From the NCBI RefSeq assembly GCF_009914755.1, contig NC_060931.1: DNA of 64,000 bases; one strand, given 5' to 3'. The position numbers were made by a program, and so were the translations under genes. This DNA is from the human T2T-CHM13v2.0 reference genome, Homo sapiens. Below, in pieces: positions 28,080 to 38,305 of this stretch. Each line of letters starts with the position of its first letter. Positions within the stretch are counted from its first letter, which is position 1. The notes beneath the pieces were generated by a model. It was not told where the DNA came from. It saw only the letters and a program-made list of their open reading frames with translations, and did no database searches.

Positions 28080-29760
28080 AGGGGGGCAGTTTAGCCACGG
28101 TGGTGGCGGTGGTGGTCGTGGTGGTCGCAGAGACCCTGCTTAGGAGGGCACGGGAAGACAGCGCAGCCACGGGCAGAGCCGCCTCCGTCCACGCTTCCGG
28201 AGGACGTGGCGGGCAGGGGGCTCACACCCTGCTCAGGCGACCCTTGGCCACTTCCGGGCCCCTCGCCCCTCACCCTCGGCTGCCGGCGCGCATTCCTGCC
28301 GCCCCCGCTCGTGCGAGGGGCGGGCCCGGGCCCGTGGGAAGGGCCGGGGATGGGGGCCGTGTGCCGGGGAGGCGGGGTGGGGAGGGCGCACAGCTGGGCC
28401 GCATCTGGCCCGAGCGCAAGGAGACCAAATGGGACAGAAGGCGGCCTTTCATCCGGCGAGGGAAGTGGCGGCCTTCGTTTCTCCTCGCCATGGGGCGCCT
28501 GAGGATTTCGGGGAGCCAACCCTCCCGACGGAGGGCCAGGATCGAGGAAATCAGCCAGGGAGGAAGGAGTGGAATTTGGTTCTGGTGCTTTCTCGTTAGA
28601 ACCTCGTGTCCCCACCTGCGGCACAGGTGGCCAAGCTCTTGCTCTGTACAAATAACGGCTCCCCTGAACCGAGCGCTCGGGAAGACCCAGGCGCCACCCC
28701 AGTTTGCAAGGCCTGCCGCGTCCCAAGGGGAGGAAGCCGTGCTCAGGAGGGGAAGCGCACAGCGAGGAAGTAGGATGTCCCCCGCGGTGCGTCGGAGCCC
28801 AGAGCCCGGGTCTCAGCACCCTGCCCGCTGCGCCGAGGGCGCGCCCCTCCCGTGCCGGGACGCCCGGTGCATCCCCGGACGGCGCTGGCCAGGCTGGGTT
28901 TCCTCTTCAGGGACACCGGCGCGGGCCGGGCCCGTCCCCAAGCCCCTCGGCGGCCCGCAGGGGCTACCCGGGGCGGGGGGGGTGCGGGGCGTGCACGTGC
29001 GCGCCGGGGGCGGGGCCGCTGCGCCCTCTGGGCAGTTCCCAGCCCCCAGCCGCGGCCCCACGTGGGTCTGCGGGCGTGGAGCGGCGACCGGCGCGAGGCC
29101 CCGCCCCCGAGCCCGGGAGCCAATGAGCGCACGGGGGCGGGACCGGGGCGGGGAGGTTTAAGAGCGCGGGACACTGGTGCTGCGCTGCTGGACTGCGCCG
29201 CCGGAGCGACGGGCTTCGGGTCGGTGCAAGGCAGGCGCACGGGGAAGGGCGCGCCGCGCGGCCGCCACCCCACCATGCTCAAGCGCTGCGGCCGGCGCCT
29301 GCTGCTGGCGCTGGCGGGCGCGCTGCTCGCCTGCCTGCTGGTGCTCACCGCCGACCCGCCGCCGCCTCCACTGCCCGCCGAGCGCGGCCGGCGCGCGCTG
29401 CGCAGCCTGGCGGGCCCCGCGGGGGCTGCCCCGGCGCCCGGGCTGGGGGCGGCGGCGGCGGCGCCCGGGGCGCTGGTCCGCGACGTGCACAGTCTGTCCG
29501 AGTACTTCAGCCTGCTCACCCGCGCGCGCAGAGATGCGGGCCCGCCGCCCGGGGCTGCCCCCCGCCCCGCCGACGGCCACCCGCGCCCCCTGGCCGAGCC
29601 GCTCGCGCCCCGAGACGTCTTCATCGCTGTCAAGACCACCAAAAAGTTCCACCGCGCGCGCCTCGACCTGCTGCTGGAGACCTGGATCTCGCGCCACAAG
29701 GAGATGGTGAGCCCCCCGCGGCCTGGACTGGCGGGCGAGCGGGGCGGGGACCCACCATCT
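28080..29760. promoter_or_regulatory. LFNG: CpG island and main LFNG promoter
   Basis: Very high GC and CpG density; GC boxes; CACGTG at 28994 and 29059; CCAAT 29120-29124; TTTAAGA 29157-29163; CGTGGGAA 28333-28340. Confidence 0.9.
29275..29706 (+). CDS. LFNG: LFNG exon 1 (MLKRCGRR...RHKEM)
   Basis: CACCATGC start context; donor ATG|GTGAGC; 144 codons. Confidence 0.98.
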
Positions 29761-32700
29761 GGTCCAGCTGGTGGCAGTGTCCCATGGGAGTCAGGCTGCA
29801 TCCCCATCCAGCCACTAGGGCCATCTGTGGGCGACGCCAGTGCACCCCGGTGCACCCAGTTTGCCTGCTGGGGCCACTCTCCCGTTACAGTTGTGTTACT
29901 GTCCCCGGGGCCCCGCCTCCTGTCCAGCTCCAGAGTCCTGGATGGCTGCAGGACCCTACACCAGTCTCCAGTGCTTGGGGTTGGTGGCCTGTGATACTTC
30001 TCACCCCGTAAACATTGGAGCGCATTCATAGGGCATTATGTCCTCAAACTTCCACAAGCAAATTCTGTTCGGACCCACCCTCAGCTCAGACCCCTTCCTG
30101 GGGAGAAAGGCTCTTCCTTTAGAGAAGTGAGGGGTTCTGACCTCTGGGCCCTTTCCTCATCACAGTGTTAAGGTACGGGGAGGGAGGGAAGTCATTGCTG
30201 GTTGGTGGGTCCTGGGGAGTACATCTCAAAGAACTCCAGGTTTTGGGGTCTGTGTGGGGACCCTCCCCGCACAGTGCAGTAGTCTCTGAGGCCTGCAACC
30301 TTGGGCACAGCCCACTTCAGTTGGGCATCAGCTTCTTACACACACATAATTAAGACACACCCCACTTTGAACATTTCCCTCGAGGCCACAGCAGGACGGT
30401 TGGGCTGGGGCGGGATGGGGACAGTGTGTGGGGCTTGCAGTCGGGGACTGGGGGGGTGTCTCTGGGCTGGGAGATGCAGAGGCATTTGCTGTGAGGGTGG
30501 GGGCTCAGGGAAGACCCTGCACGCCTTCCTCCCTGCTCAAACCCCGGAGACCCAGGGCCTTCTGACCTGGCGCTGTCCTGTTTTGGGGCACTGTGGGTGG
30601 GTGGGAGCAGGGCTTGGTGAGGTCATGAGGGCGACGGGGAGGGGCAGGGTCCTCCCTGGTCCTGGCGTGGGGAAGGGGCCCTGGGAACCCCATGGCAGCC
30701 TCCTGGGAACACAGCGTCCCATTCCCAGGGGCTCAGCGGGCTGGCGGGAGGGGGCGGCGGGGGCCGTGGGTTTTGTTTGGCGGCCGGGCCGTTAGGATTC
30801 CCAGCGCCGGGCGGCTCTCACGCCGGCCCCTTGGGCAAGGTAACAAAGCCCCTTTCTCCAGCGAGAAAGGCGTCGGGCCCCTTGTGTGCAGCTACGCGCT
30901 CCGTGGGAACCGCTGCTGGCGTGCTGGCCACTCAGGTTGCCTGGCGATGAGGGGACCAGCGGGCCCCCCCAGCATCTCTTACTGACAGTCCTTTTGGGGC
31001 ACCATCCCTGAGCCTGGCCCCCCCACCCCCAGCACTCAAGCCTTACTGCTATGTGATCTTGGGCATCCTTCAGCCCCACTCTGGGCTACCACCAGCTCTG
31101 AGCACCTCTCATCTTGGAATTTGGGGCCTTTCTCCAACAGAGGGGATGTGGTCAGAGGGCTGGGCTGTGTGATCCTGAGCAAGACCTGGGGCCTCTCAGA
31201 CCCTCACTCTGATCTCTGAAATGGGGGAACATGGTCCTTCCAGGAGCACGTTGTAAGAGACTGGCAAAGCCTGCAGGCATGGGGTGAACCCGGCGGGCAC
31301 TCAGGGTCGAGGTGGGGGCCATCACTCCCTTGAGCCCTGAGGTCCCTACTGGAGGGTCACCCCACCAGGGGACAGGTTGAATCTGCCCTCAGCATCAGTT
31401 CACCAGCACACAGCAAGCAAAGACCCCCTTGTGGTGGGTGATGGGCAGGGGTCCTGGAAACCCACAGAAGAGGGCCCCCCTCTCCCAGCCCTGCACGGAA
31501 TGACTCAGACATGGTCTGATGGGGGAGATAGAAAGATGTCAGGGCTGTGCGGGGGGAAAACCCCGAGAGGCTGTGTGAGGCAACAGTGGGCATCTGACCC
31601 ACATGCTGGGGGAAGGGAGGGAGGAGGGAAGACTTCCTGGAGGAGGCGCCATTTGAGCTAGACTAAGAGTAAAAAAGTGCCCAGAAAGGGCACTCCATCC
31701 GGGCATGGTGATGACCACAGCATGGGGGTTGTGCAGGAAACTTCTAGCAACTGGAGTGGTGGCTGGGGGGAGGGTCGGTTGGTCAGCAGGGGCCGCGCTG
31801 AGATGGGCCTGGAGTCCAGGATGAAGAGCCTGGCCTTTGGCCCAGAGGTTCCCCGCCCCTCCCAGGAGCAGCCAGGCTGCCGCGCTGCCACCACAGCGGC
31901 CACAATTGCTGGGGAGAACTTGGCATCCTGTGTTTCTTTGAATCGCGGCTCCAGGAACAATGCTGCTTCCTGTGGGTGTCCCCCAGCCCCCGCCCCCGTC
32001 CACCCTCATCCACCCGGCTCTTCCTCCTGCAGCCCCGTCTTCGTCTGGAAAGTTAGGTGGCACTGGGGGGTCTGGGTCCCTAGAAGGCAGGGACTGGGCT
32101 GGTCTAGCACCGCCTCGGCCCCAGGGTATGACCTCAGGCTGGTGCCTGCACCTCTCTGGGCCTCAGTTTCCCCACTTGGGCCTCAGCTGGTAATGGCACC
32201 CACCTCCGAGGGCTGTCAGGGAGAGGAAGGGAGAGAATCTGTCTTTGCACTTTGTTCTCTGCCCAGGGGAGCTCTGTTATGCCCATTTTACTGAAGACGA
32301 GACTGAGGCTCTGAGCGGCAGGTGAGGGCTATAGCCCAGCAGCGCCTTTTTCCTCCCCTCCTGGTGGCTCAGGTGTCGGGAGACAGTTCGCCCGGCACCC
32401 CCGCACCCCATAGCCCCGCCTTCTCAGATGCTGTTCTAGAGGCCTCCCTGCTCCCTGAGCTGAACAAAGGTGACTTTAATCTCCGTAGCCTTGGGCTGGG
32501 TTTTTAGGGCACCACCAAATCTCGGGAGAACAGGCCTCCCTTGATCTCATTAAGAAAGCATTTTCCTTTTAACCCAGCGGCGCAGTGGAGCGTCTGCAGG
32601 GGCTGGCCCTCCGCCTCCCACGGCATTCCTGGGCTGAGATTCTGGGGAGGCCAAGGGGCTGGGTGCGAGTCTGTGCGTGTGGCTGCCCTGGGGTGTCTAT

Positions 32701-35700
32701 GGGTGCTGCAGGAGGGGTGCATGCATGGAGAGGCGGAGACCCAGCCTGCCACCCCCTTAGCTCTGGGCCTCACCCTAGTGAGCATGTGCCCAGGGCTGGG
32801 TCAGGCTGGATAAGGATCTGAGACTACCAAGGTGTTCCAGGGCCTCTGCGGGACCTGTGTGTACAGGGAAGGAAACTGAGGCTGGGTGGGCATCAGGGGG
32901 TTGTCCCTTGGTCAGAGCATTGCCCGTACACCCTGGGTTTTGCACTCAGCCATGCCAGGGTGCGCCGGGCGGCACGCGCTGGGCGGGCCGGGCAGAGGAA
33001 GGAACATTCCTCCCCGTGTGCCGGCAGGCCCAGGCGGGCGCCGGCGACTCCTGGCCCCGCCCTGGCGGCCCCCTCCTCTTCCGCAGAGCGCTCCTGGCAG
33101 GGGGCGGCCGCGTGCTGGCACAGGTGGGCTGTGGCCTTGGGCAAGCCTGGGTTTCCTTGCCTGAGCAGTGGGAGGGGTGCTGGGCTGCATGGGTACTGGG
33201 GGCCCCTGACCTGGGGGCTGGGGACACCTGAGGTTTCCTGCCACAACCCTGCTGACCGTTGGCAACTTTGCAGAACTTCAGGGCTGCTTTGGCTCAGAGT
33301 GGGTAGCTTGTCCTGCAGGTCACCCAGGACAGGGGTGCTGGCCCAAAGGGCAGCTGTGGGGTGGCTGCAGTGCTGGTGGCTGCACCCTACGCGCGGGACC
33401 TCATGCCCAGCCTGGCCCGGTTAACCAGGCCAGCTGTATGGTAATGGGCGACGCGGCCACTCTGCTTAACTCGGCCGAGTTAAGGCCGGCCCGGCGCCCC
33501 TCTCCCGCCAGCCCAGGACAAAGCTGGCGGACAATGCCTGGTGATTCATCCTCCCTCCAGGCCCTTTGTCCGCCAGGGCTTGGCAGCCGCCCAGCGAAGG
33601 CCTTTGTCCCCAACCCCGAGTGATTGAGACTTGGCTTCCCACAGCCGACCTCCTCCGCCTGTCCCTCCCGCCACCCCGCCTGTCCCCCGCCTTTCCAGCA
33701 GCCTCCAAGTGGCAGGCTGGGTGCTGTGTCAATAAGGGTGTGTGCCCTGCCAGGTGCACGGGGCGGGTCGGGAACCGGTTACCTGGCGGGCGGGCGAGGC
33801 GCACCACCTGGCTCGTACCTCACCGCGCCTGGACGACCTTGGGTGCAGCTGTCGAGGTTGGGGAGTGAGGCCCCCATCCCCCACCCCCAGGGCGAGTGAA
33901 TGCGTGAGCTCTGGCCCAGATGGCACTGAGATGGGGCACTTGAGCCCTTCTCAGCACGAGTGGGGAAACCAAGGCCCGGAGAAGGGTGGGTGTCAGTGTG
34001 ACGCAGCTGCAGCTGCAGCAACTCCAGGGCGCCCCGTCCGGCCCCCACAGATGGCCCTGGGGTGGGGATGAAGGGCTGCCTGCTGAAGGCCGATTTTCTC
34101 CTTCCAGACGTTCATCTTCACTGACGGGGAAGATGAGGCCCTGGCCAGGCACACGGGTGAGCCCTGGACTTGGGGCGGGAGGGGGCCCAGGCCTCCATCC
34201 AGAGCCGAACGCTCCCCCTCCAGTCTCCCTGCCCCTCTGGGCCGAGAGGTCACCAAGGGCAGGACAGGGAGGGCAGTTTACTCATGGGGTTTGCTCCATG
34301 CCCCGCCCCACCACTCGGGCCCCCCAATTCTCATGCAAATGAAGCCCATTCAGCCCCCCGGGTCCCTTTGAGCCCAGGCAGCGGCAACAGGTGGCGGGTG
34401 CTGGGAAAAAGCTGCCTGAATGGGCGGGGGCGGGGCCGCCCTGGAAGGGGCTGGGCTGCGGGAGGGTCCACAGGCCCAAGCCCCGAGCTAGGGTGGGGGA
34501 GGCTACGGCCGCCGGGCCCAGCTTGAACTAGGGGGCTTTTCTCGAGCCCCTGGGCCCTGTGGCGTCCCCCAGGCCAGGCCCCTCTCTGGGAGCCGGCTCA
34601 GACCTACTCACAGCCGCTCCCCTGTCCACAGGCAACGTGGTCATCACAAACTGCTCGGCCGCCCACAGCCGCCAGGCGCTGTCCTGCAAGATGGCCGTGG
34701 AGTATGACCGCTTCATCGAGTCCGGCAGGAAGTGAGTGTGGCCCCGGGGGACCCCCATCTCCCTGCCCGAGCCTGGCAGCGCCCGCCCCGGCATGCCCTC
34801 CCCCGATGGCCCTGCCTTGTCCTCAGGTGGTTCTGCCACGTGGACGATGACAACTACGTCAACCTGCGGGCCCTGCTGCGGCTGCTGGCCAGCTACCCGC
34901 ACACGCGGGACGTCTACGTCGGCAAGCCCAGCCTGGACAGGCCCATCCAGGCCATGGAGCGGGTCAGCGAGAACAAGGTGGTGAGTGCCTGCCCCTCCCA
35001 GTCCCCCACGCCCACGCGGAGCGCACACCCGGAGTGGGGGTGGGACAGTGAGGGGCAGCAGCGCCTGGGTCTCAGGACACCTTCTCCCTTCTCCCAGCGT
35101 CCTGTCCACTTCTGGTTTGCCACGGGCGGCGCTGGCTTCTGCATCAGCCGTGGGCTGGCTCTGAAGATGAGCCCGTGGGCCAGGTGAGTGCCCTGCACAG
35201 GTTAGGCCAGCCCGGTCCCAGGCTCCTCGCCACTGTGGGGCCTGGCTTAGTTCATCTTCCCAGCCATGGGGTGTCCCCAGCCTCCTGTGTGGCACTGCCC
35301 ACTTACTTCCTATATTCCACTTCCCTCTGGGTTTCAGAGGGCAGCTGTGTTTACGGCGGCTGCCCCCAAGCCTGACCTGCTCAGAGCAGCCAGGGGGGCG
35401 ATGAGCACCCCAGGCACCATCCGGCAGGACTCTTCCCTGCACCCAGATTCCCTCCACAGAGAGCCACGGAGCACAGGAGCTGTGCAGGGAGTGTGCCCTG
35501 GCTGTGGCCAGGGGAGGCAGAGGGAGCTGCAGCCCAGAGCTCTCCTCAGGGCTCCTCTCCCTGAGGAGTGCAGCGCCTTTGCCTGGTGGGGCCTCCCCAG
35601 CTCCCAGCAGATGGCTCCCGCCTCTGCTCACTGGTCTGGGCCCTTCCCTCCCGCAGCGGGGGTCACTTCATGAATACGGCTGAGCGGATCCGGCTGCCTG

Positions 35701-36625
35701 ATGACTGCACCATCGGCTACATCGTGGAGGCCCTGCTGGGTGTGCCCCTCATCCGCAGCGGCCTCTTCCACTCCCACCTGGAGAACCTGCAGCAGGTGCC
35801 CACCTCAGAGCTCCACGAGCAGGTGCACCATCCTCCGGGCCCCGCCAGGACTCCGAGAGCACAGGAAGGGACGTGTGGCTGCCGAGAGGGGCGCAGTGGG
35901 GTGGGGCACTGTTCTAAACAGGGAGGCCAGGCAGCACTCCACTGTCAGCCAGGGGGGGTCACTCCTGCCATGAGCTCAAAGCTGTTTATGGCGGGTTGTT
36001 TTCCTGCCGTCTCTTCTCTTCACTGTGATGCGCCTACTGTGCGTATTTTGTCCACGCTGGCAATGCAGCCAGCCCCAGCTGGTCCCCAGTTTGGGACCTT
36101 ATTCCTGGGGTGTGCAGGGCAGGTGTCCTTCCAGGTCCAAGGGAGGCCAGGGCAGGGCCGTTGCCTCACTCAGGGCTGTGTGGCCAGCCTGGGGCGGGGC
36201 CCAGGGATGTCAGGCCCCTCCCGGCATCACTCCGCCCGCTCCCCACAGGTGACGCTGAGCTACGGTATGTTTGAAAACAAGCGGAACGCCGTCCACGTGA
36301 AGGGGCCCTTCTCGGTGGAGGCCGACCCATCCAGGTAAGGAAACCCCGGCCCAGATGGGCTTGCGTAGGGTGGCCTAGGGGCGTCAGGGGGCCTCGTGGA
36401 GCTGCAGCAGGGTCTCTCTAAGCGGCATGACTCTACATAGAGGTGTCCCCCGGAGTCCTGCTTGCTCGGGGTGGGGCCGCCAGTGTTGTGGGACTGCAAA
36501 TGGGAGCTCAGCACCTGCCTGCCACCCACGCAGACCAGCCCCTGCTCTGTTCCCACAGGTTCCGCTCCATCCACTGCCACCTGTACCCGGACACACCCTG
36601 GTGTCCCCGCACTGCCATCTTCTAG
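29275..36625 (+). CDS. LFNG: Beta-1,3-N-acetylglucosaminyltransferase lunatic fringe, spliced CDS of 379 aa
   Basis: join(29275-29706,34108-34156,34632-34731,34827-34980,35098-35183,35657-35822,36249-36334,36559-36625) = 1140 nt, all introns GT-AG. Hydrophobic N-terminal anchor, RARR convertase site, DDD motif (HVDDDNY), C-terminus WCPRTAIF. Confidence 0.99.
34108..34156 (+). CDS. LFNG: LFNG exon 2 ([16 protein letters not shown])
   Basis: CTTCCAG| acceptor, |GTGAGC donor. Confidence 0.97.
34632..34731 (+). CDS. LFNG: LFNG exon 3 ([32 protein letters not shown])
   Basis: CCACAG| acceptor, |GTGAGT donor. Confidence 0.97.
34827..34980 (+). CDS. LFNG: LFNG exon 4 ([12 protein letters not shown]...ENKV), catalytic DDD motif
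   Basis: CCTCAG| acceptor, |GTGAGT donor. Confidence 0.98.
35098..35183 (+). CDS. LFNG: LFNG exon 5 ([28 protein letters not shown])
   Basis: CTCCCAG| acceptor, |GTGAGT donor. Confidence 0.98.
35657..35822 (+). CDS. LFNG: LFNG exon 6 ([20 protein letters not shown]...LHEQ)
   Basis: CCGCAG| acceptor, weak |GTGCAC donor. Confidence 0.97.
36249..36334 (+). CDS. LFNG: LFNG exon 7 ([13 protein letters not shown]...ADPS)
   Basis: CCACAG| acceptor, |GTAAGG donor. Confidence 0.97.
36487..36558 (+). ncRNA. MIR4648: microRNA hairpin mir-4648 (5'-tailed mirtron)
   Basis: TGTGGGACTGCAAATGGGAG matches recalled miR-4648. The 5' TGTGGGA pairs with TCCCACA just before the intron 7 terminal AG. Confidence 0.85.
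36559..36625 (+). CDS. LFNG: LFNG exon 8 coding part ([21 protein letters not shown])
   Basis: CCCACAG| acceptor; TAG stop at 36623-36625. Confidence 0.97.
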
Positions 36626-36733
36626 TGGCCATGGCTGAGACCCAATCCCTGGGCGCCCCTGGTATCCAAAGGGCCCAGGGACCCTGTTGCGCTGCCCTGG
36701 CCTCGGCATTCGAGGCTCCCCTAGGGCCGTGCC

Positions 36734-36772
36734 TGTGCGTGTGCGTGTGCGTGTGCGTGTGTGTGTGTGTGT
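36734..36772. repeat. (TGTGCG)4(TG)n repeat in the LFNG 3'UTR
   Basis: Alternating purine-pyrimidine run seen directly. Confidence 0.9.
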
Positions 36773-37825
36773 ACTGCATGCCCACCCGGGTAGCAGGCTG
36801 CTGGGCAGTTCTGCTCTGTGGAGGGGCGGGCACCAGCGCCACTTATGTGCCTCTGCTCCGAGGGCCAGTGGGCTGCAGGGCCTGCTTGGAGGAAGGATTT
36901 GTGTGTCGGAGGCCACTCCGAGGGCAATTCTGTTAGGATTTTTGGATCTTTCTACAGCTACGGGGCTCCGGGCTACTTTGCAGGGATGCGATGCGTAGGT
37001 GCCTTTCTCTTCCTGCTGACCACAAGCTCTGTGCTGGGGGTACCTGTGCCCTGAAGTCCTGGCCCCTGTGTCATAGCCCCAAGTACGACTCACTGAGCCA
37101 TGCTCATTGCAGGGGAGGCTGGGTCTGGGGGTGCGTGACCCAATCCCCTTCCTCCTGGCCTGGACGCTGTGGCTTAAGAGTAACAGCAGCCACCGCCCAG
37201 TTCCAGTGGCCCCACGAAGCCCCCAGTGGCTGGCTGTCCAGCTGGGCAAACAGTGGCACCCCTCCCAGCTCTTCTGAGTGGGGAGTCTTCCAGGCCTCCT
37301 CAGAGGTCTTCGCTTTGCCTCCCCAGGACAGGGTGAGTCAGAGCTCAGCATTTAATCTCCTCTCCAAAGTAGAGAGCAAGTCGCCCACAGTGGGCGTGTC
37401 TGTAAATATTGTGACAGTATTTTTTTACTGTGCTGTTTTTTTTGAAAGGGGATGGGTAAAAAGTAGGGTGTTCTTGTTTTTTGCTTGGGAGGGTGGGGGT
37501 GGGGGAGGGTCTTATTTTATCTTATCTTTTCTGTGGATCAGAAAAAACAGAAGCCAAACTCGGGGTCATCTTTGTTTTTAAAGCTGAAGTGGGACTGTCT
37601 GGCACTCTGTGTATTTATGCGTTCCAGCATCTGGAACCTCCCATCCCTGCCCTCCTCCTGTGTAGCTGCCACCTCCCCGCTGGGCCCAGCATGGCTCACC
37701 TGTCCCGTGGGCTGTGTTTCTTGTTGTTTTTCTCTTTGCAAAGACATAGCTAGGAAAGCGAATGATAAGGGAAAAGTTCTCAGGGAATTGAAGTGTTGTT
37801 GCTATGGTGACGTCCTTTTGCTGTG

Positions 37826-37831
37826 AATAAA
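37826..37831 (+). terminator. LFNG: LFNG polyadenylation signal AATAAA
   Basis: AATAAA about 1.2 kb after the stop, at the end of a U-rich 3'UTR. Confidence 0.85.
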
Positions 37832-38292
37832 GGTGCTCTTTGCAGCAATCCTGGGGGTCCTGGTCTTGGCTGGAGGTGGGGCCTAAGCCCCAGGGCAGCC
37901 AGGGTCAGGAGAGGCACACAGGTGAAGGGGAGGCTTGGCCTTGGGTGCACCGCATGGAGCAGGTAGATAGGAAACGCTTAGAGACAACTATTTTGGAACG
38001 AAACCTGGCGTCACTATAGCTGCCTGCTGGTGACTACAGGTGCGGCCCACCCAGGGTCAGGGTGGTCGCTGGAGCGTGAGCCCTGTGCTTCCAGGAGGAA
38101 CAGGTCTAGGATGCTGGGGGCTCTAGGTCCCAGCCAAAAGCACAACCCCAAGGCTCTGGCCTGGTCTGGCCACTGGGGAGCCCAGCCCCTGCAGGAGGGA
38201 CAGTGACTCCTGTGACCGGGCCTGGGGCCTCCTTATCCAACTTCACTCCTGCCACGAGCTCACAGAGTCCACATCATCGCCTCACTTTGCAG

Positions 38293-38305
38293 GTGGGGAA
38301 ACTGA
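38293..38305 (+). CDS. LFNG: LFNG alternative last exon, coding part (RWGN*), giving a 361-aa isoform
   Basis: Acceptor CTTTGCAG|G TGG GGA AAC TGA. Exons 1-7 (1073 nt) + 13 nt = 361 codons + stop. Confidence 0.7.

Noticed and set aside
28100-30029. 353-aa (+) and 428-aa (-) ORFs and the upstream extension of the exon-1 ORF
   Set aside because: CpG-island sequence lacks stops; only 29275-29706 is supported, by start context, donor site and Fringe homology.
34528-37351. 367-aa and 363-aa antisense ORFs over LFNG
   Set aside because: GC-rich shadow ORFs with no independent support.
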